Positions 1 through 11,362 of a stretch of DNA of 64,000 nucleotides are shown in pieces (position 1 is the first letter of the stretch; each line of letters starts with the position of its first letter). Source of the DNA: Saccharolobus islandicus REY15A (GTDB taxonomy: Archaea; Thermoproteota; Thermoprotei_A; Sulfolobales; Sulfolobaceae); assembly GCF_000189555.1 (NCBI RefSeq), contig NC_017276.1, one strand, 5' to 3'. The notes beneath the pieces were generated by a model that saw only the letters and a list, made by a program, of their open reading frames with translations, was not told where the DNA came from and did not search any database. The position numbers and the translations under genes were made by a program.

Positions 1-325
1 CTATTTCTTTCTTAGTTTTTTCTAGACTTAACCAGACGTATAATTTTTTACCGTTTTCAAATGGCAAAAATAATCCTGGATCTTTTAAATAAACCTTTAA
101 TCCAAACTCTCTTAGTTTTAATTCCTCTATTATCTTAGGTCTCAATAGGCTAAGCACATAAGCACCAGTGGAAACTTTAATACCTGGCCATAACTCCTCA
201 GTAATCGACGCACCACCCACTATTTCCCTTCTCTCAAATACAGCCACTTTTAGTCCGGCCTTGGCTAGATATGCTGCTGTAACTAGTCCATTATGCCCTC
301 CACCAATAATTGCTACATCTATCAT
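1..325 (-). CDS. FAD-dependent oxidoreductase, phytoene dehydrogenase-like (5' part; runs off the window)
   Basis: Manual minus-strand translation from ATG at 325: MIDVAIIGGGHNGLVTAAYLAKAGLKVAVFERREIVGG, a Rossmann GxGxxG FAD-binding start. Confidence 0.85.
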   Translation of the reverse strand, partial: MIDVAIIGGGHNGLVTAAYLAKAGLKVAVFERREIVGGASITEELWPGIKVSTGAYVLSLLRPKIIEELKLREFGLKVYLKDPGLFLPFENGKKLYVWLSLEKTKKEI

Positions 326-483
326 TTAGCTCGCCTGATAGTTAGCCATACTAGAAATCCTATTCCAACTCCTAAAGCCCCAAATCCTATGGAGATATAT
401 GTAAATGTTTCAATCGTTTGAACAATTGGTGGTGTTATAGTTTTTGTGGCCGTAGCCAATACTGTTATGGGTAACATTGACAT
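322..483 (-). CDS. Small single-pass membrane protein (53 aa; not in ORF track)
   Basis: MSMLPITVLATATKTITPPIVQTIETFTYISIGFGALGVGIGFLVWLTIRRAK; its TGA overlaps the next ATG (ATGA); TATA-like TTATAAG about 20-25 nt upstream. Confidence 0.65.
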   Translation of the reverse strand: MSMLPITVLATATKTITPPIVQTIETFTYISIGFGALGVGIGFLVWLTIRRAK

Positions 484-520
484 AAACTTAAAAATAAATA
501 CTTATAACCTTATTGCAAAT

Positions 521-1621
521 ATGGATCTGATATTACCAGACTATTATGGAGAGAATATTTACACATTATCTTGTTTTATAGCTGAATACCTTGGAGTTCA
601 GAGGCAATGTTTGAATAAGATGAATTTAAACGTTAATAGTAAATTGGTTTTAGCATTATTTGATGGTCTAGGTTGGAATATATTTAATCGAACTGGGATA
701 AATTTACAAGCAACAAAGATAACAAGTGTTTTCCCATCCACAACATCTACTGTATTGACAACATTATTCACCGCATCAACGCCTGGTGAGCATGGTGTTT
801 TAGGTTATAATACCTTCTCAAAGAGGTTAGGAGGAATCGTAAATACTCTACGTTATACTTATCCTACGGTGAGTGATAGAGATTCCATAAGAGATTCCGT
901 ACCTTTTTCTTCATCGTTTCCTTATGTTAAAGGCTATTTGAAAGAAGTTCAAGGTAAGAAGGCTATATCTTTAGTGCCTAAGGGAATTGAAAATACCGAG
1001 TTTAGCAATGCTACGCATGGAGCTTCTGGTGAGTCGAAAACTTATGTTAACTTTTGGGATGCGTTTTATCAACTCTCACAGATTTTACAACAAGACGCAT
1101 ATGACTTTATCTACTTTTACGTTCCAGATGTGGATACTTTGTCTCATAAATATGGGCCGTATACAGATCCTACCATTAAATCTGCAAGAGATATTCTGAT
1201 CGGCATCTTAGAGATTTCAGAAAAACATAAGAAATATAGTTTTATAATAACAGCAGATCATGGCCACGTTCCCGTTTCTGAAACTATACTCTTCAACAAT
1301 GACCAAGACTTACTTAATATGCTTGATGTTCCTCCATATGGAGACTCTAGGGCAATATTTTTAAGAACTAGATATGACGTTTCAATTTATCTCAGCAGAA
1401 AGTATGGAAGCCTTAAAATATTCGGAAAAAGCGATCTTGAAAGGTTACTAGGAAAGATTAAGGACATTTCAGCCTTTCCGGACTATATTGCAGTTCCTAC
1501 TGATTACCGAGCATTCATATTTAATTTTAAGGAAAAAGACGACTATGATAAACTTAAAGGGCATCATGGAGGACTATTGCAAGAGGAATTTGAGATACCT
1601 TTGGTGATCTTGAATGGTTGA
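521..1621 (+). CDS. Alkaline phosphatase superfamily / type I phosphodiesterase-nucleotide pyrophosphatase
   Basis: Motifs DGLG, FPSTTS, DTLSHKYGP, TADHG, GHHGG. Start moved to ATG 521 because the upstream extension overlaps the divergent small gene. Confidence 0.85.
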   Translation: MDLILPDYYGENIYTLSCFIAEYLGVQRQCLNKMNLNVNSKLVLALFDGLGWNIFNRTGINLQATKITSVFPSTTSTVLTTLFTASTPGEHGVLGYNTFSKRLGGIVNTLRYTYPTVSDRDSIRDSVPFSSSFPYVKGYLKEVQGKKAISLVPKGIENTEFSNATHGASGESKTYVNFWDAFYQLSQILQQDAYDFIYFYVPDVDTLSHKYGPYTDPTIKSARDILIGILEISEKHKKYSFIITADHGHVPVSETILFNNDQDLLNMLDVPPYGDSRAIFLRTRYDVSIYLSRKYGSLKIFGKSDLERLLGKIKDISAFPDYIAVPTDYRAFIFNFKEKDDYDKLKGHHGGLLQEEFEIPLVILNG

Positions 1622-2153
1622 ATATCATATTCCATCATGGGATGAAATAGAAGACGCAGTTTTTTCAATAGGCGAGGCGTTAGTTAAGAATAATTATATT
1701 CCAGATGTTTTGGTCGCGGTATTAACGGGTGGTATTGTACCGGCTAAACTTCTTTCTGACTTACTAGATTTGAAAGTAATTAGGTATATAGATATAAAAT
1801 TCTATCGTAGCGTTGGAAAAACTGAAAGTAGGCCAGTAATCAGATCCGTATATACTGATTCTTTAGAGGGGAAGAAAGTCCTAGTAATTGATGATGTTGC
1901 TGATACTGGCGAAACCCTGGAGGCGGTTAGTAATGTTATAACCATGTTTAATCCAGCTAAAGTAATGACTGCAACTTTATACTTAAAACCCTGGTCCAAG
2001 AGGGTTCCGGATTTCTATTACAAACAAATTGATAAGTGGATAATTTTCCCATGGGATAAATGGGATGTTGTTAGGGAAAATAATGATGTTCCCGTTAACA
2101 AAAAGGAGAGATTCTTCGACTTATATAATCAATTATTAAAGATCAGAAAATAG
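1614..2153 (+). CDS. Purine phosphoribosyltransferase (type I PRTase)
   Basis: PRPP-binding motif VLVIDDVADTGETL; C-terminal WIIFPWD. Confidence 0.9.
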   Translation: MVEYHIPSWDEIEDAVFSIGEALVKNNYIPDVLVAVLTGGIVPAKLLSDLLDLKVIRYIDIKFYRSVGKTESRPVIRSVYTDSLEGKKVLVIDDVADTGETLEAVSNVITMFNPAKVMTATLYLKPWSKRVPDFYYKQIDKWIIFPWDKWDVVRENNDVPVNKKERFFDLYNQLLKIRK

Positions 2154-3804
2154 AAGGTTCTTTATATTCTCCCCAAATATCTCGTAAAACACCGCTGGTC
2201 TCCCCTACTGTTGCCCCTGCCCTTATGGCATCAATCATGTATGGGAACAAATTCTCATTCTCTTTTTCAGCAACTTTCCGTAGATTATTGAGACTATCCC
2301 TAACTTTCATGCCATCTCTCTCTTGTTTATACTTCTTTAACCTTGAAATAACCCTCTCCCTAACCTCTGGATTTACTCTAAATATTTCAGTTGTTCCAAT
2401 CCACTCTGGTTCATAATACATATTAACGCCAACTTTTCCGAGGTCACTCTCTTCTATTCTCTTCTGTATTCTATACGCGCTTTCAGCTATCTGCGCTTGC
2501 GGATACCCATTTTCTATGGCTTTTATCATACCACCCATTTTTTCTACTTGATCTATAATCTTCCACGCTCTCTCCTCTATTTCATCGGTCAGCCACTCTA
2601 TGTAATATGAGCCTCCCAATGGATCCACTACATCGGCAGCTCCACTCTCATTCGCTATTATCTGCTGAACTCTTATTGCAATCTTAGCGGCTTTCTCAGT
2701 GGGTAACGCTAATGCTTCGTCATATGAATTAACGTGCAAACTTTGGGTTCCACCCAATACAGCGGCTAATGCTTGCAATGTAGTCCTTATTATGTTTATT
2801 TCCGGCTGTTGTGCAGTTAATTCAGCTCCTCCTGTTTGCGTATGGAACCTTAACATCATTGACTCAAGTTTCTTAGCGTTAAACATTTCTTTCATTATTT
2901 TCGCCCACATTCTTCGGGCAGCTCTAAATTTAGCAACTTCCTCGAATATATCTGAGTAAGCTGCGAAGAAGAAGGATAAATGTGGTGCAAATTCGTCCAC
3001 ACTAATCCCCCTCTCCATTGTTTTTCTGACATACTCCATACCATCCGCCAATGTAAACGCCACTTCCAATACCGCATCCGCCCCAGCTTCTCTTATGTGA
3101 TATCCACTTATGCTTATTGGATGCCATTTTGGTAAGTATTTAGCGGAGTATTCGATAATGTCGATGGCGTATCTCATTGAGGGCGAAGGTGGGTATATGA
3201 AGTTCTTTCTAGCTATATACTCTTTTAAAATATCATTTTGAACTGTCCCATCTAAAACGTTCTTGTTAATATCTCTACTTTCGGCAGTAGCAATCAGCAT
3301 TGAGAGTAATTCCATGGCGGTGGCGTTTATAGTCATTGAAGTAGAAACCTTGTCGAGGGGTATTCCGGACATTACCATATCCATTTCCTTCCAATGGAAC
3401 ATGGAGACTCCAACAACTCCAACCTCTGTGTAAGCTAATTCATGATCAGGGTCTAATCCCAATTGGGTAGGTAAATCAAAGGCCATACTTAAACCAGTCT
3501 GCCCTGCTTCCAATAATTTCCTAAACCTCAAATTCGTTTCCTCTGCAGATCCAAAGCCCGCATATTGTCTAATTGTCCAAATCCTTCCTCTATACATGTT
3601 AGGATAAATTCCCCTTGTGAATGGATACTCACCTGGTAATCCCAACTTTTCCATGTAATTGCCTTTGACATCCAATGGAGTATAAACTGGTTTAATATGT
3701 ATTCCGGAAAACGTTTTAAACTCCTTTTTCCTCTCTCCCCTCTTCTTCACCCAACTTAAATAGACCTTTTCTTCCCATTCCTTAATTCTATCTTCAATAT
3801 CCAT
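2143..3804 (-). CDS. mcmA: Methylmalonyl-CoA mutase, large (substrate-binding) subunit
   Basis: PGEYPFTRG, WTIRQYAGFG, ISISGYHIREAGA, HTQTGG motifs; no B12-binding domain (split archaeal type). Confidence 0.95.
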   Translation of the reverse strand: MDIEDRIKEWEEKVYLSWVKKRGERKKEFKTFSGIHIKPVYTPLDVKGNYMEKLGLPGEYPFTRGIYPNMYRGRIWTIRQYAGFGSAEETNLRFRKLLEAGQTGLSMAFDLPTQLGLDPDHELAYTEVGVVGVSMFHWKEMDMVMSGIPLDKVSTSMTINATAMELLSMLIATAESRDINKNVLDGTVQNDILKEYIARKNFIYPPSPSMRYAIDIIEYSAKYLPKWHPISISGYHIREAGADAVLEVAFTLADGMEYVRKTMERGISVDEFAPHLSFFFAAYSDIFEEVAKFRAARRMWAKIMKEMFNAKKLESMMLRFHTQTGGAELTAQQPEINIIRTTLQALAAVLGGTQSLHVNSYDEALALPTEKAAKIAIRVQQIIANESGAADVVDPLGGSYYIEWLTDEIEERAWKIIDQVEKMGGMIKAIENGYPQAQIAESAYRIQKRIEESDLGKVGVNMYYEPEWIGTTEIFRVNPEVRERVISRLKKYKQERDGMKVRDSLNNLRKVAEKENENLFPYMIDAIRAGATVGETSGVLRDIWGEYKEPSIF

Positions 3805-3883
3805 ATTATGTTTAAATCCTATAAACAGTATATAACTTTTTCTTTAGGACAAAACTTTTAAGATTAAACAATATGAATACGTT

Positions 3884-4312
3884 ATGCTGGTTGAAAATCT
3901 AGACCATATTGGAATAGTAGTTGAGGATATAGACCAAGCAATTAAGTTCTATCAAAATACTTTTGGAATGAAATTGATACATCAAGAACTCATTCCAGAG
4001 AGAGGGATAAAAGTGGCGTTTTTAGTTGGGGAAGAAGAAAACGAAACTTCAATAGAGTTATTGGAACCAATCGATCATAACGACATGAATAATACTGTGG
4101 CTAAGTTTCTGAAAAATAGGGGCCAAGGTTTACATCATTTGGCTGTAAAAGTTAGTGATATTAATAAGGCATTAGAGGAATTGACAGCTAAAGGACTTCA
4201 ATTAGTAGATTCCGCCCCGAGAAAGGGGGCAAGAGGACACCTAGTAGCTTTTGTACATCCAAAGAGCGTTATGGGAGTACTACTTGAATTGGTACAACCA
4301 AAGGAATTATAA
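3884..4312 (+). CDS. mce: Methylmalonyl-CoA epimerase
   Basis: VOC fold: DHIGIVV, IELLEP, GLHHLA, VLLELVQ; divergent from the mutase. Confidence 0.92.
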   Translation: MLVENLDHIGIVVEDIDQAIKFYQNTFGMKLIHQELIPERGIKVAFLVGEEENETSIELLEPIDHNDMNNTVAKFLKNRGQGLHHLAVKVSDINKALEELTAKGLQLVDSAPRKGARGHLVAFVHPKSVMGVLLELVQPKEL

Positions 4313-4384
4313 ATATCGAGATACACTTGTCGAGGAATGTAAGAAACTTTAAAACTATATTTTCATAATATATAATGATAATCT

Positions 4385-4915
4385 ATGCCCAAGAGGGAAG
4401 AAAAGGATATTTTTGACTTAATGGACGAATGGATAAGGGAGATGGAAGAAGAATTCGAGAGAATTGAGAGGGAATTTATGAGAGGTTTCAAAGGCAAAGG
4501 AGAGGAAGTTAAGCAATTTGGGCCATACGTTTACGGATTTAGAATAACCGTAGGACCAGACGGCGTGCCGAAAATAGAGGAATTCGGTAACGTTAGGAAA
4601 ATCAGAGGTAAGCCAATGATAGCTGAAGAACGTGAGCCATTAGCTGACGTTATTGAGAAAGGTGATGAAATTAAGGTAGTAGCTGAAGTGCCTGGCGTTA
4701 ACAAGGAGGATATTAAAGTTAAGGTGATAAATGGTGGAAAGAAATTAGTGATTACAGCCAAATCAGAGGAGAGGCAATACTATAAGGAGATTGATTTACC
4801 AGCAGAAGTAGACGAGAAGTCGGCTAAGGCTAATTTTAAGAATGGAGTTTTAGAGATAACTTTAAAGAAGAAAAGCCCTTCGTCAGATTCTGGTGTTGAA
4901 ATAAAAGTTGAGTAA
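4385..4915 (+). CDS. hsp20: Small heat shock protein, Hsp20 family
   Basis: Alpha-crystallin domain (AEVPGVNKEDI, FKNGVLEITL) and C-terminal IKVE motif. Confidence 0.95.
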   Translation: MPKREEKDIFDLMDEWIREMEEEFERIEREFMRGFKGKGEEVKQFGPYVYGFRITVGPDGVPKIEEFGNVRKIRGKPMIAEEREPLADVIEKGDEIKVVAEVPGVNKEDIKVKVINGGKKLVITAKSEERQYYKEIDLPAEVDEKSAKANFKNGVLEITLKKKSPSSDSGVEIKVE

Positions 4916-4930
4916 TTATTTTTCCCTAAC

Positions 4931-5455
4931 TTAATCAGAATTAGTTAAAATAAGTGGTTTTACTGTTGCCTTTTCTGATTTTATGAAACTTAATCCTAAT
5001 TCGTCCTCAAGTACTAATGTAAATTTAATTTTACCTTCCATTGCTAATCTTATTCTATTTTCACATTCCTTATCACAGAAGTCTCCTACTTTATCTAATA
5101 TTATCTCTAGAACTCCCTCAATTGTAGAGATATAACCTTGAGACATACCAGCTGGTTCTATTTCTATTCCTAATTCCGGTATTGTTATTTTAGCAAAAGC
5201 AGATCTATATATTATTGTTCTCAGATCGTTCTCGTTTTCTATCCTCATCTCAATTACCTTGGGTTCTCTAGCTTCATATGGTTTAACATCTCTAAATCTA
5301 TACCCACAATTCTCACAGTACCAATTTGATAAAATTAGCTTTCCAGCATGCGGAGTATCATATAGGTAGTCTATTGCCTTAAAGGTCTTTGATTTACAAA
5401 CTGGGCATACAAGTGTCTCTTCAAATATTACCTTCGGTCCCTCAGACATTAACAA
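4931..5455 (-). CDS. ZPR1 zinc-finger domain protein
   Basis: CPVC...CENCGYR zinc finger, IPELGIEIEP, ISTIEGVL. Confidence 0.88.
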   Translation of the reverse strand: MLMSEGPKVIFEETLVCPVCKSKTFKAIDYLYDTPHAGKLILSNWYCENCGYRFRDVKPYEAREPKVIEMRIENENDLRTIIYRSAFAKITIPELGIEIEPAGMSQGYISTIEGVLEIILDKVGDFCDKECENRIRLAMEGKIKFTLVLEDELGLSFIKSEKATVKPLILTNSD

Positions 5456-5517
5456 TCCCCTATTAAAATTTATTTAGTTGTTCACAAATTTAATACTTGT
5501 TAAAGTGATGTGATGTA

Positions 5518-7089
5518 ATGAAATTACCCCGAGAAAATGAAGAAGGAAAAGTAGAATATAAGCTTATTCTTTCTGGCGTGACGCCAGAGCGTCTTCAAGA
5601 ATTAGCTTCTCAAATGAAGTACAGATTAGAGGAAGGTTATGGGGAAGCATTTTACGTTATAGGTGTAAGTAATGAGGGGGAAATAATAGGGTTATCCAAG
5701 AGTGAATTAGAGGAAAGTATAGCTACTCTAGACATGATTGCTAAGCTAGTAAACGCTAAAATTGTGTATAGAAGAGACGTTGAAGTAAGAAAGGATAAAT
5801 ACGTGGCTGAACTTCTAGTTAGGAGATATAAGGAGAATTTACCAGTGGAGATCAACGTTGCAGTAATGGGTCATGTAAATGCAGGGAAAAGTACTGTAAC
5901 TGGTGCGTTGGTTCTAGGAAGATTGGATGATGGAAATGGAGGTTTAAGAACAGCAATTGCAAGGCATCTCCATGAAGTTCTATCTGGTAGAACATCTTCC
6001 ATTACATTGAGACTGATCGGATTTGATGATAGCGGTAAGATAGTGAATTGGCAATTAAAGGATCCACTTGACGAGGCGGAAACAACGATTAAGAGTACTA
6101 AGATAGTTAGACTTATTGATCTTGGAGGGCATGAGAGATACCTTAGAACCACTCTAAAAGGATTATTAGGTTATGAGGTAAATTACGTTATGCTAGTAGT
6201 TGGAGCTGATGATGGTTTAAGTATAATGGGCAAAGAACATTTAGCCTTAGCTTCAATATTAAAATTTCCTATATTTGTAGTTATTACTAAGGTAGATAAA
6301 TATCCAGAAGATAGGATAAAAGGCATAGTTAATGATATTAAAAACGTTTTAAAAATTCCCGGAATTAATAGATTGTCTCTAGAAGTTGAGGATGAGGATG
6401 ATGTTGTAAATTCAATTTTGGCTATAAAGACTAAGCGTGTAGTTCCTATTTTTAGAATATCGAATGTAAGTGGAAAAGGTTTAGATTTGCTTATAAAATT
6501 CCTAAACCTATTACCTCCGGAGGCTAAGAACTTAGATGAGAAAGAGACACCACTAGTTTATATCGATGAAGCATATAACGTAACTGGAGTGGGTACTGTT
6601 GTACTTGGTTCCGTTGTGAGAGGTAAGCTTAGGAGTAATGAGTCTGTGTTAATTGGGCCTAATAAGTTAGGAGAGTTTAAGGAGGTTAAGATAAAGAGTA
6701 TACAAGTAAATAAGGTATTTGTGGATTCCGTTTTGGCTGGGAATATAGCCACATTTGCTATTCAAGGTATTGAAAAGGAGAGTCTTAGAAAAGGAATGGT
6801 AATGGTGAAGGGAATACCTAAGGTAGTTAGAAGATTTAAGGCGAGAGTGTTTATACTTCACCATCCAACTACCATTAGAGAAGGTTATGTTGCTACCCTT
6901 CACTCTTATACAATAAGGCAAGCGGTAAAGTTTGAGAGAATTCAGAGTGGGTTTCTAAGAACTGGCGATACGAGTGAAATAGTATTGCATTTTCTGTATA
7001 GGCCAGAATACTTAGAGAAGGGACAAATTTTCGTATTCAGAGAAGGTAGAACTAGAGGTGTAGGTATTGTATTGGAACCTATTGGTTAA
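5518..7089 (+). CDS. Translational GTPase, GTPBP1/EF-1A-like
   Basis: GHVNAGKST, DLGGHERY, TKVD G-motifs; EF-Tu-like domains II/III. Confidence 0.9.
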   Translation: MKLPRENEEGKVEYKLILSGVTPERLQELASQMKYRLEEGYGEAFYVIGVSNEGEIIGLSKSELEESIATLDMIAKLVNAKIVYRRDVEVRKDKYVAELLVRRYKENLPVEINVAVMGHVNAGKSTVTGALVLGRLDDGNGGLRTAIARHLHEVLSGRTSSITLRLIGFDDSGKIVNWQLKDPLDEAETTIKSTKIVRLIDLGGHERYLRTTLKGLLGYEVNYVMLVVGADDGLSIMGKEHLALASILKFPIFVVITKVDKYPEDRIKGIVNDIKNVLKIPGINRLSLEVEDEDDVVNSILAIKTKRVVPIFRISNVSGKGLDLLIKFLNLLPPEAKNLDEKETPLVYIDEAYNVTGVGTVVLGSVVRGKLRSNESVLIGPNKLGEFKEVKIKSIQVNKVFVDSVLAGNIATFAIQGIEKESLRKGMVMVKGIPKVVRRFKARVFILHHPTTIREGYVATLHSYTIRQAVKFERIQSGFLRTGDTSEIVLHFLYRPEYLEKGQIFVFREGRTRGVGIVLEPIG

Positions 7090-7486
7090 TTTTCCCTACA
7101 CTACACTCTATAATCTGCTTTGATATTTCCTCTGCTTGTGAACCTATATGCTTCTTTAAACTATTTGCTAATGGTCCGCCCACTTCATAATCACTACTCC
7201 ATTTGATTTTATTTCCAAGAATTGTAAGTAATGTGTTTATGTTTGCTATTATACCGGGTCCCTCAATGGTAATTAACGTATCTATGTTATCTCCATTAAT
7301 TTCGTGCTTTTTTACTGTCCCATTAATTTCAATAGTTAAAAATGAGAATTTAACATAAGCCTTAAAGCTATTCCCATTTATTTCTTTTACCCCGGGAATA
7401 CAAGTCAATAGATTCTTATAATCTGAAAAAAACTGTTTGGCCTTATTTGGGTCCTTTATAACAATTTCTCCTTCAGTTTTTGTCAT
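7079..7486 (-). CDS. CoxG/SRPBCC-family protein
   Basis: CIPG motif; paralogue of the adjacent gene; start taken as ATG 7486 overlapping the upstream TGA. Confidence 0.75.
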   Translation of the reverse strand: MTKTEGEIVIKDPNKAKQFFSDYKNLLTCIPGVKEINGNSFKAYVKFSFLTIEINGTVKKHEINGDNIDTLITIEGPGIIANINTLLTILGNKIKWSSDYEVGGPLANSLKKHIGSQAEEISKQIIECSVGKINQ

Positions 7487-7902
7487 TTTATCACCCTCTC
7501 CTTTATACAATTGAACAAGTCGTTGATGATCTTCTCTAATGCACTACCCATTAATCTTGCGCCTACAGACGCTAAAACTCCTGCTACTTTCACATCTGCT
7601 GAATAGTTTATCTTACCATCTAGAGCCTCTGCTATTGCATCTATATCCACGTTACTATTCATTCCAGTACCTTTAGCAATAATTTTTCTCTTATTTTCAT
7701 CTATCTTCTCAAATCTCACATTCGCCTTATATTCTCCTTTTATGAACCCGATCCCGGTTACTCCCACTACCTTGTACTCTTCACCCTCCTTGGTAAAACT
7801 CTTTATCCCTGGAAAACACTGTGCCACTTGATCTGGATTATCCAGTAGTTTGAGTATTTGATCCTTAGTAGCGTTTAAGCTGATTGAACCCTCATATTTC
7901 AT
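7483..7902 (-). CDS. CoxG/SRPBCC-family protein
   Basis: LDNPDQVAQCFPG and LASVGARLM match CoxG. Confidence 0.85.
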   Translation of the reverse strand: MKYEGSISLNATKDQILKLLDNPDQVAQCFPGIKSFTKEGEEYKVVGVTGIGFIKGEYKANVRFEKIDENKRKIIAKGTGMNSNVDIDAIAEALDGKINYSADVKVAGVLASVGARLMGSALEKIINDLFNCIKERVIK

Positions 7903-7928
7903 AAGTAACTTTTGGAATAGCAGTATAT

Positions 7929-8468
7929 ATGAATATAGGAGTCATTATTTTGGCAGCAGGAGAGGGAAAGAGGTTCGGAGGAGATAAGTTATTTGCAAAA
8001 ATAGATAATATCCCTATAATTATGCGAACTATTGGAATTTATGAAGATTTAGAGAAAGTCATTATTGTAGGTAAATATGTTAATGAATTAATTCCCTTAC
8101 TCATGGATCAAATAGTAATATATAATCCGTTCTGGAAGGAAGGGATAAGTACGTCAATAAAGCTTGGATTGAGATTCTTCAAGGATTACGACGCTGTATT
8201 GGTAGCATTAGGGGATATGCCGTTTGTGACTAAAGATGATGTTGACAAGATAATTAACGCATTTAAGCCAAGTTGTAAAGCTGTAATTCCAACTCATAAA
8301 GGAGAAAAGGGAAACCCGGTATTAATTTCCAAAAGTTTATTCGGTGAGATTGAAAAATTAAGAGGAGATTTAGGGGCAAAAGTTATACTAAATAAAATGG
8401 GAATGGAAGAATTGTGTTTTGTAGAATGTAGTGAAGGTGTTTTAATAGATATAGACAAAAAAGAAGAC

Positions 8469-8498
<30 letters not shown>
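7929..8498 (+). CDS. Molybdenum cofactor cytidylyltransferase (MocA-like)
   Basis: [31 protein letters not shown]; adjacent to Mo-hydroxylase subunits. Confidence 0.85.
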
Positions 8499-8980
<482 letters not shown>

Positions 8981-8984
<4 letters not shown>

Positions 8985-9817
8985 CTATTAAGTGCAGCTA
9001 AAATTGCTCTCTTAGTCATAACTTTTACCATTTTCTTTTTATATTCTGCTGATCCCCTTATATCGGAAGTCGGATTAGCGTAATCCATGGCTTTTGTTGC
9101 AGCTTCCTCTATTAATTTTTCCGATATCTTTCCAGATAATAATATTTTCTCGGCCTCACTAGCTCTTACTGCAGTTTTGTTTACAGCAGTTAATCCTATC
9201 CTCGCATCTTGAATTACGTCACCATTTACCTTTAGTGCAACAGCAACTCCTACAATTGCAAAATCCCCTGCTCTTCTCTCTAGTTTCTGATAAGAGACCT
9301 TATAATCCTTAAGTAGGGGAACTTCTATTTCTGCAACTAATTCACCTGGATTCAAATCTGGTGTAAACATATCCTTGGCAAATGAAGAAAAGCTTTCTAC
9401 TCTTTCTCCTTTTGTTCTCTTAATCCTTACCTTTGCATCCATGGCAATCAACGCGGCTGGATAATCTGCAGAAGGATCTAAATGTGATATGCTACCGCCT
9501 ATAGTTCCCATGTTTCTAACTTGCGGATCAGCTATCTTTGACGCAGTTTCACTTAATAACGGAATATTAGCCTTCATAATATCGTAATGAGTAACTACAG
9601 GTCCTATTTTCACTACGTTTCCTTCCGTCTTAATGTATTTTAGTTCTGATAATCTTCTTATTTCTACTAAATACGATGGTCTAAATATCCTTAACTTTAG
9701 CATTGGTATTAAACTATGGCCTCCGGCTAGTGGTTTGGCATCATCATGTGACTCCAGGAACTCTAAAGCCTCTTTCACATTATCTGGAATTACGTAACTA
9801 AACTTTGGTGGATACAC
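8981..9817 (-). CDS. cutB: Mo-hydroxylase medium FAD-binding subunit
   Basis: [28 protein letters not shown]. Confidence 0.93.
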
Positions 9818-9906
9818 ATCCTTAATATTTGGTAGACCTTTATATACTTAGCTCTTATGCTTTTAACATCTAAACAAAAACTTATATTAAATCTTATAGA
9901 TTTGTA

Positions 9907-10050
9907 TTATTTAACATATTTTTCTGATCTCTTCTTGAATTCTGCCATACACATCGGACTACAGAAATAGTACGTATTCCCTTTATAATTGAATGAGTAA
10001 GGTTTACCTCTTATCTCATCCCCACATACATTGCATTTCATCTTTGTCAC
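9907..10050 (-). CDS. Small TRASH/YHS-domain metal-binding protein (44-47 aa; not in ORF track)
   Basis: (MTK)[44 protein letters not shown]; CxxC...YYFCSxxC pattern; GTG start overlaps the cobA TGA; alternative ATG at 10041. Confidence 0.8.
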   Translation of the reverse strand: MTKMKCNVCGDEIRGKPYSFNYKGNTYYFCSPMCMAEFKKRSEKYVK

Positions 10051-10775
10051 TTAAATTTCCATAAGTATTCCCTAAATTTAACAACTTCGCCAATTACAAT
10101 AACCGCTGGAGACGTCACATTATTATTCTTGATAATGCCAACTAAGTCTTTTAACTCCCCAGTAAAAACCCTCTGGTTTTCCGTTGTCCCGTTTTCAATA
10201 ACGGCAACAGGTTCTCTTTCATTTCTTAATTTTATGATAATATTGACTATATTCTCTATTTTCCTAAGACCCATGAGAATTAGCAGTGTGCCTTTTCTTG
10301 GGATATAATCTTCGTCAATTACTTTATCTTCTGCTTTCGTTCCAGATATTACAGTAAATCCACTGGCTGAGTAGATCCTACTAGTAACTGGAATCCCCGC
10401 ATAGGCAGGTACGGCAGTTGCACTGGTTATCCCAGGTATTACCTCACACTCTATACCTTTGGATATAACGAATAGACATTCCTCTTCTCCCCTACCCAAA
10501 ACGTATGGATCTCCTCCTTTTAATCGAACAACAATTTTACTTTCCATCGCCTTTTTTACTAATAACTCATTTATCTCATCTTGTATTACATAATCCCCTA
10601 TATTTTTCCCGACGTATATTTTTTCAGCCTCGACTTTACAAAAATTTAGAAGCTCTTTAGGGATTAGCCTATCGTAAACCACAACATCAGCCTTTTGCAA
10701 GATCTTTAAGCCTTTAACAGTTATTAATTCGGGGTCACCCGGGCCTGCCCCTACTAAATAAACCTTCCCATTCAT
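10047..10775 (-). CDS. cobA: Uroporphyrinogen-III C-methyltransferase
   Basis: [31 protein letters not shown]. Confidence 0.95.
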   Translation of the reverse strand: MNGKVYLVGAGPGDPELITVKGLKILQKADVVVYDRLIPKELLNFCKVEAEKIYVGKNIGDYVIQDEINELLVKKAMESKIVVRLKGGDPYVLGRGEEECLFVISKGIECEVIPGITSATAVPAYAGIPVTSRIYSASGFTVISGTKAEDKVIDEDYIPRKGTLLILMGLRKIENIVNIIIKLRNEREPVAVIENGTTENQRVFTGELKDLVGIIKNNNVTSPAVIVIGEVVKFREYLWKFK

Positions 10776-11362
10776 TAAATTCCCCCTATCTTTTTCATAA
10801 TGTAGACTGCAAATACTACGCCCTCAGGAAACTTTATACCATAAACTAGTACTATTACTGAATTTAACAGTAACGGCGATGGGACGTGGAATATGCCAGA
10901 TGCTAAGTATAGTAATAACAAGTATATCGTATCTCCCGCAAATCCTAGACTAAATAAGAGAAGCTTTTCCGTAAATTTTAGTGATGGTACTATATAACCT
11001 ATCATAAAACCCCCTAGAAATTCGCTGAGGAAAGACAGTACGAATAGCCACTGTATCTCCAATACCATTGGGTATATCTGAGGCATTAACCAAGGTATTA
11101 TTAATAGTGAACCTATGGCCATGAATAAGGGCGCTCTTTTCCTTATCAATATTGAAACAATAGGTATTTTTTCTCCTTCAGTTTCAATAAATTTGTCTCT
11201 TGGTGTGTTAGAAATTAATACGTACCACCCCAGTAGTGCACCGGAGAGTATTGGCCCTTGATACGAGAGTAACCTATCCACTGGATCTACAAAAACGTAA
11301 AGTATAATTGAAACTATAAGTAAAGAAAAACCTATATACTTGGCAATTTGAACTAAGTCCAT
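10775..11362 (-). CDS. Integral membrane protein (DUF1404-like)
   Basis: Several hydrophobic helices; translationally coupled within the operon; family name from recall. Confidence 0.6.
   Translation of the reverse strand: MDLVQIAKYIGFSLLIVSIILYVFVDPVDRLLSYQGPILSGALLGWYVLISNTPRDKFIETEGEKIPIVSILIRKRAPLFMAIGSLLIIPWLMPQIYPMVLEIQWLFVLSFLSEFLGGFMIGYIVPSLKFTEKLLLFSLGFAGDTIYLLLLYLASGIFHVPSPLLLNSVIVLVYGIKFPEGVVFAVYIMKKIGGI

Noticed and set aside
446-520. N-terminal extension of the phosphodiesterase ORF given by the track
   Set aside because: It overlaps the divergent 53-aa gene and the shared promoter; ATG 521 is the more plausible start.
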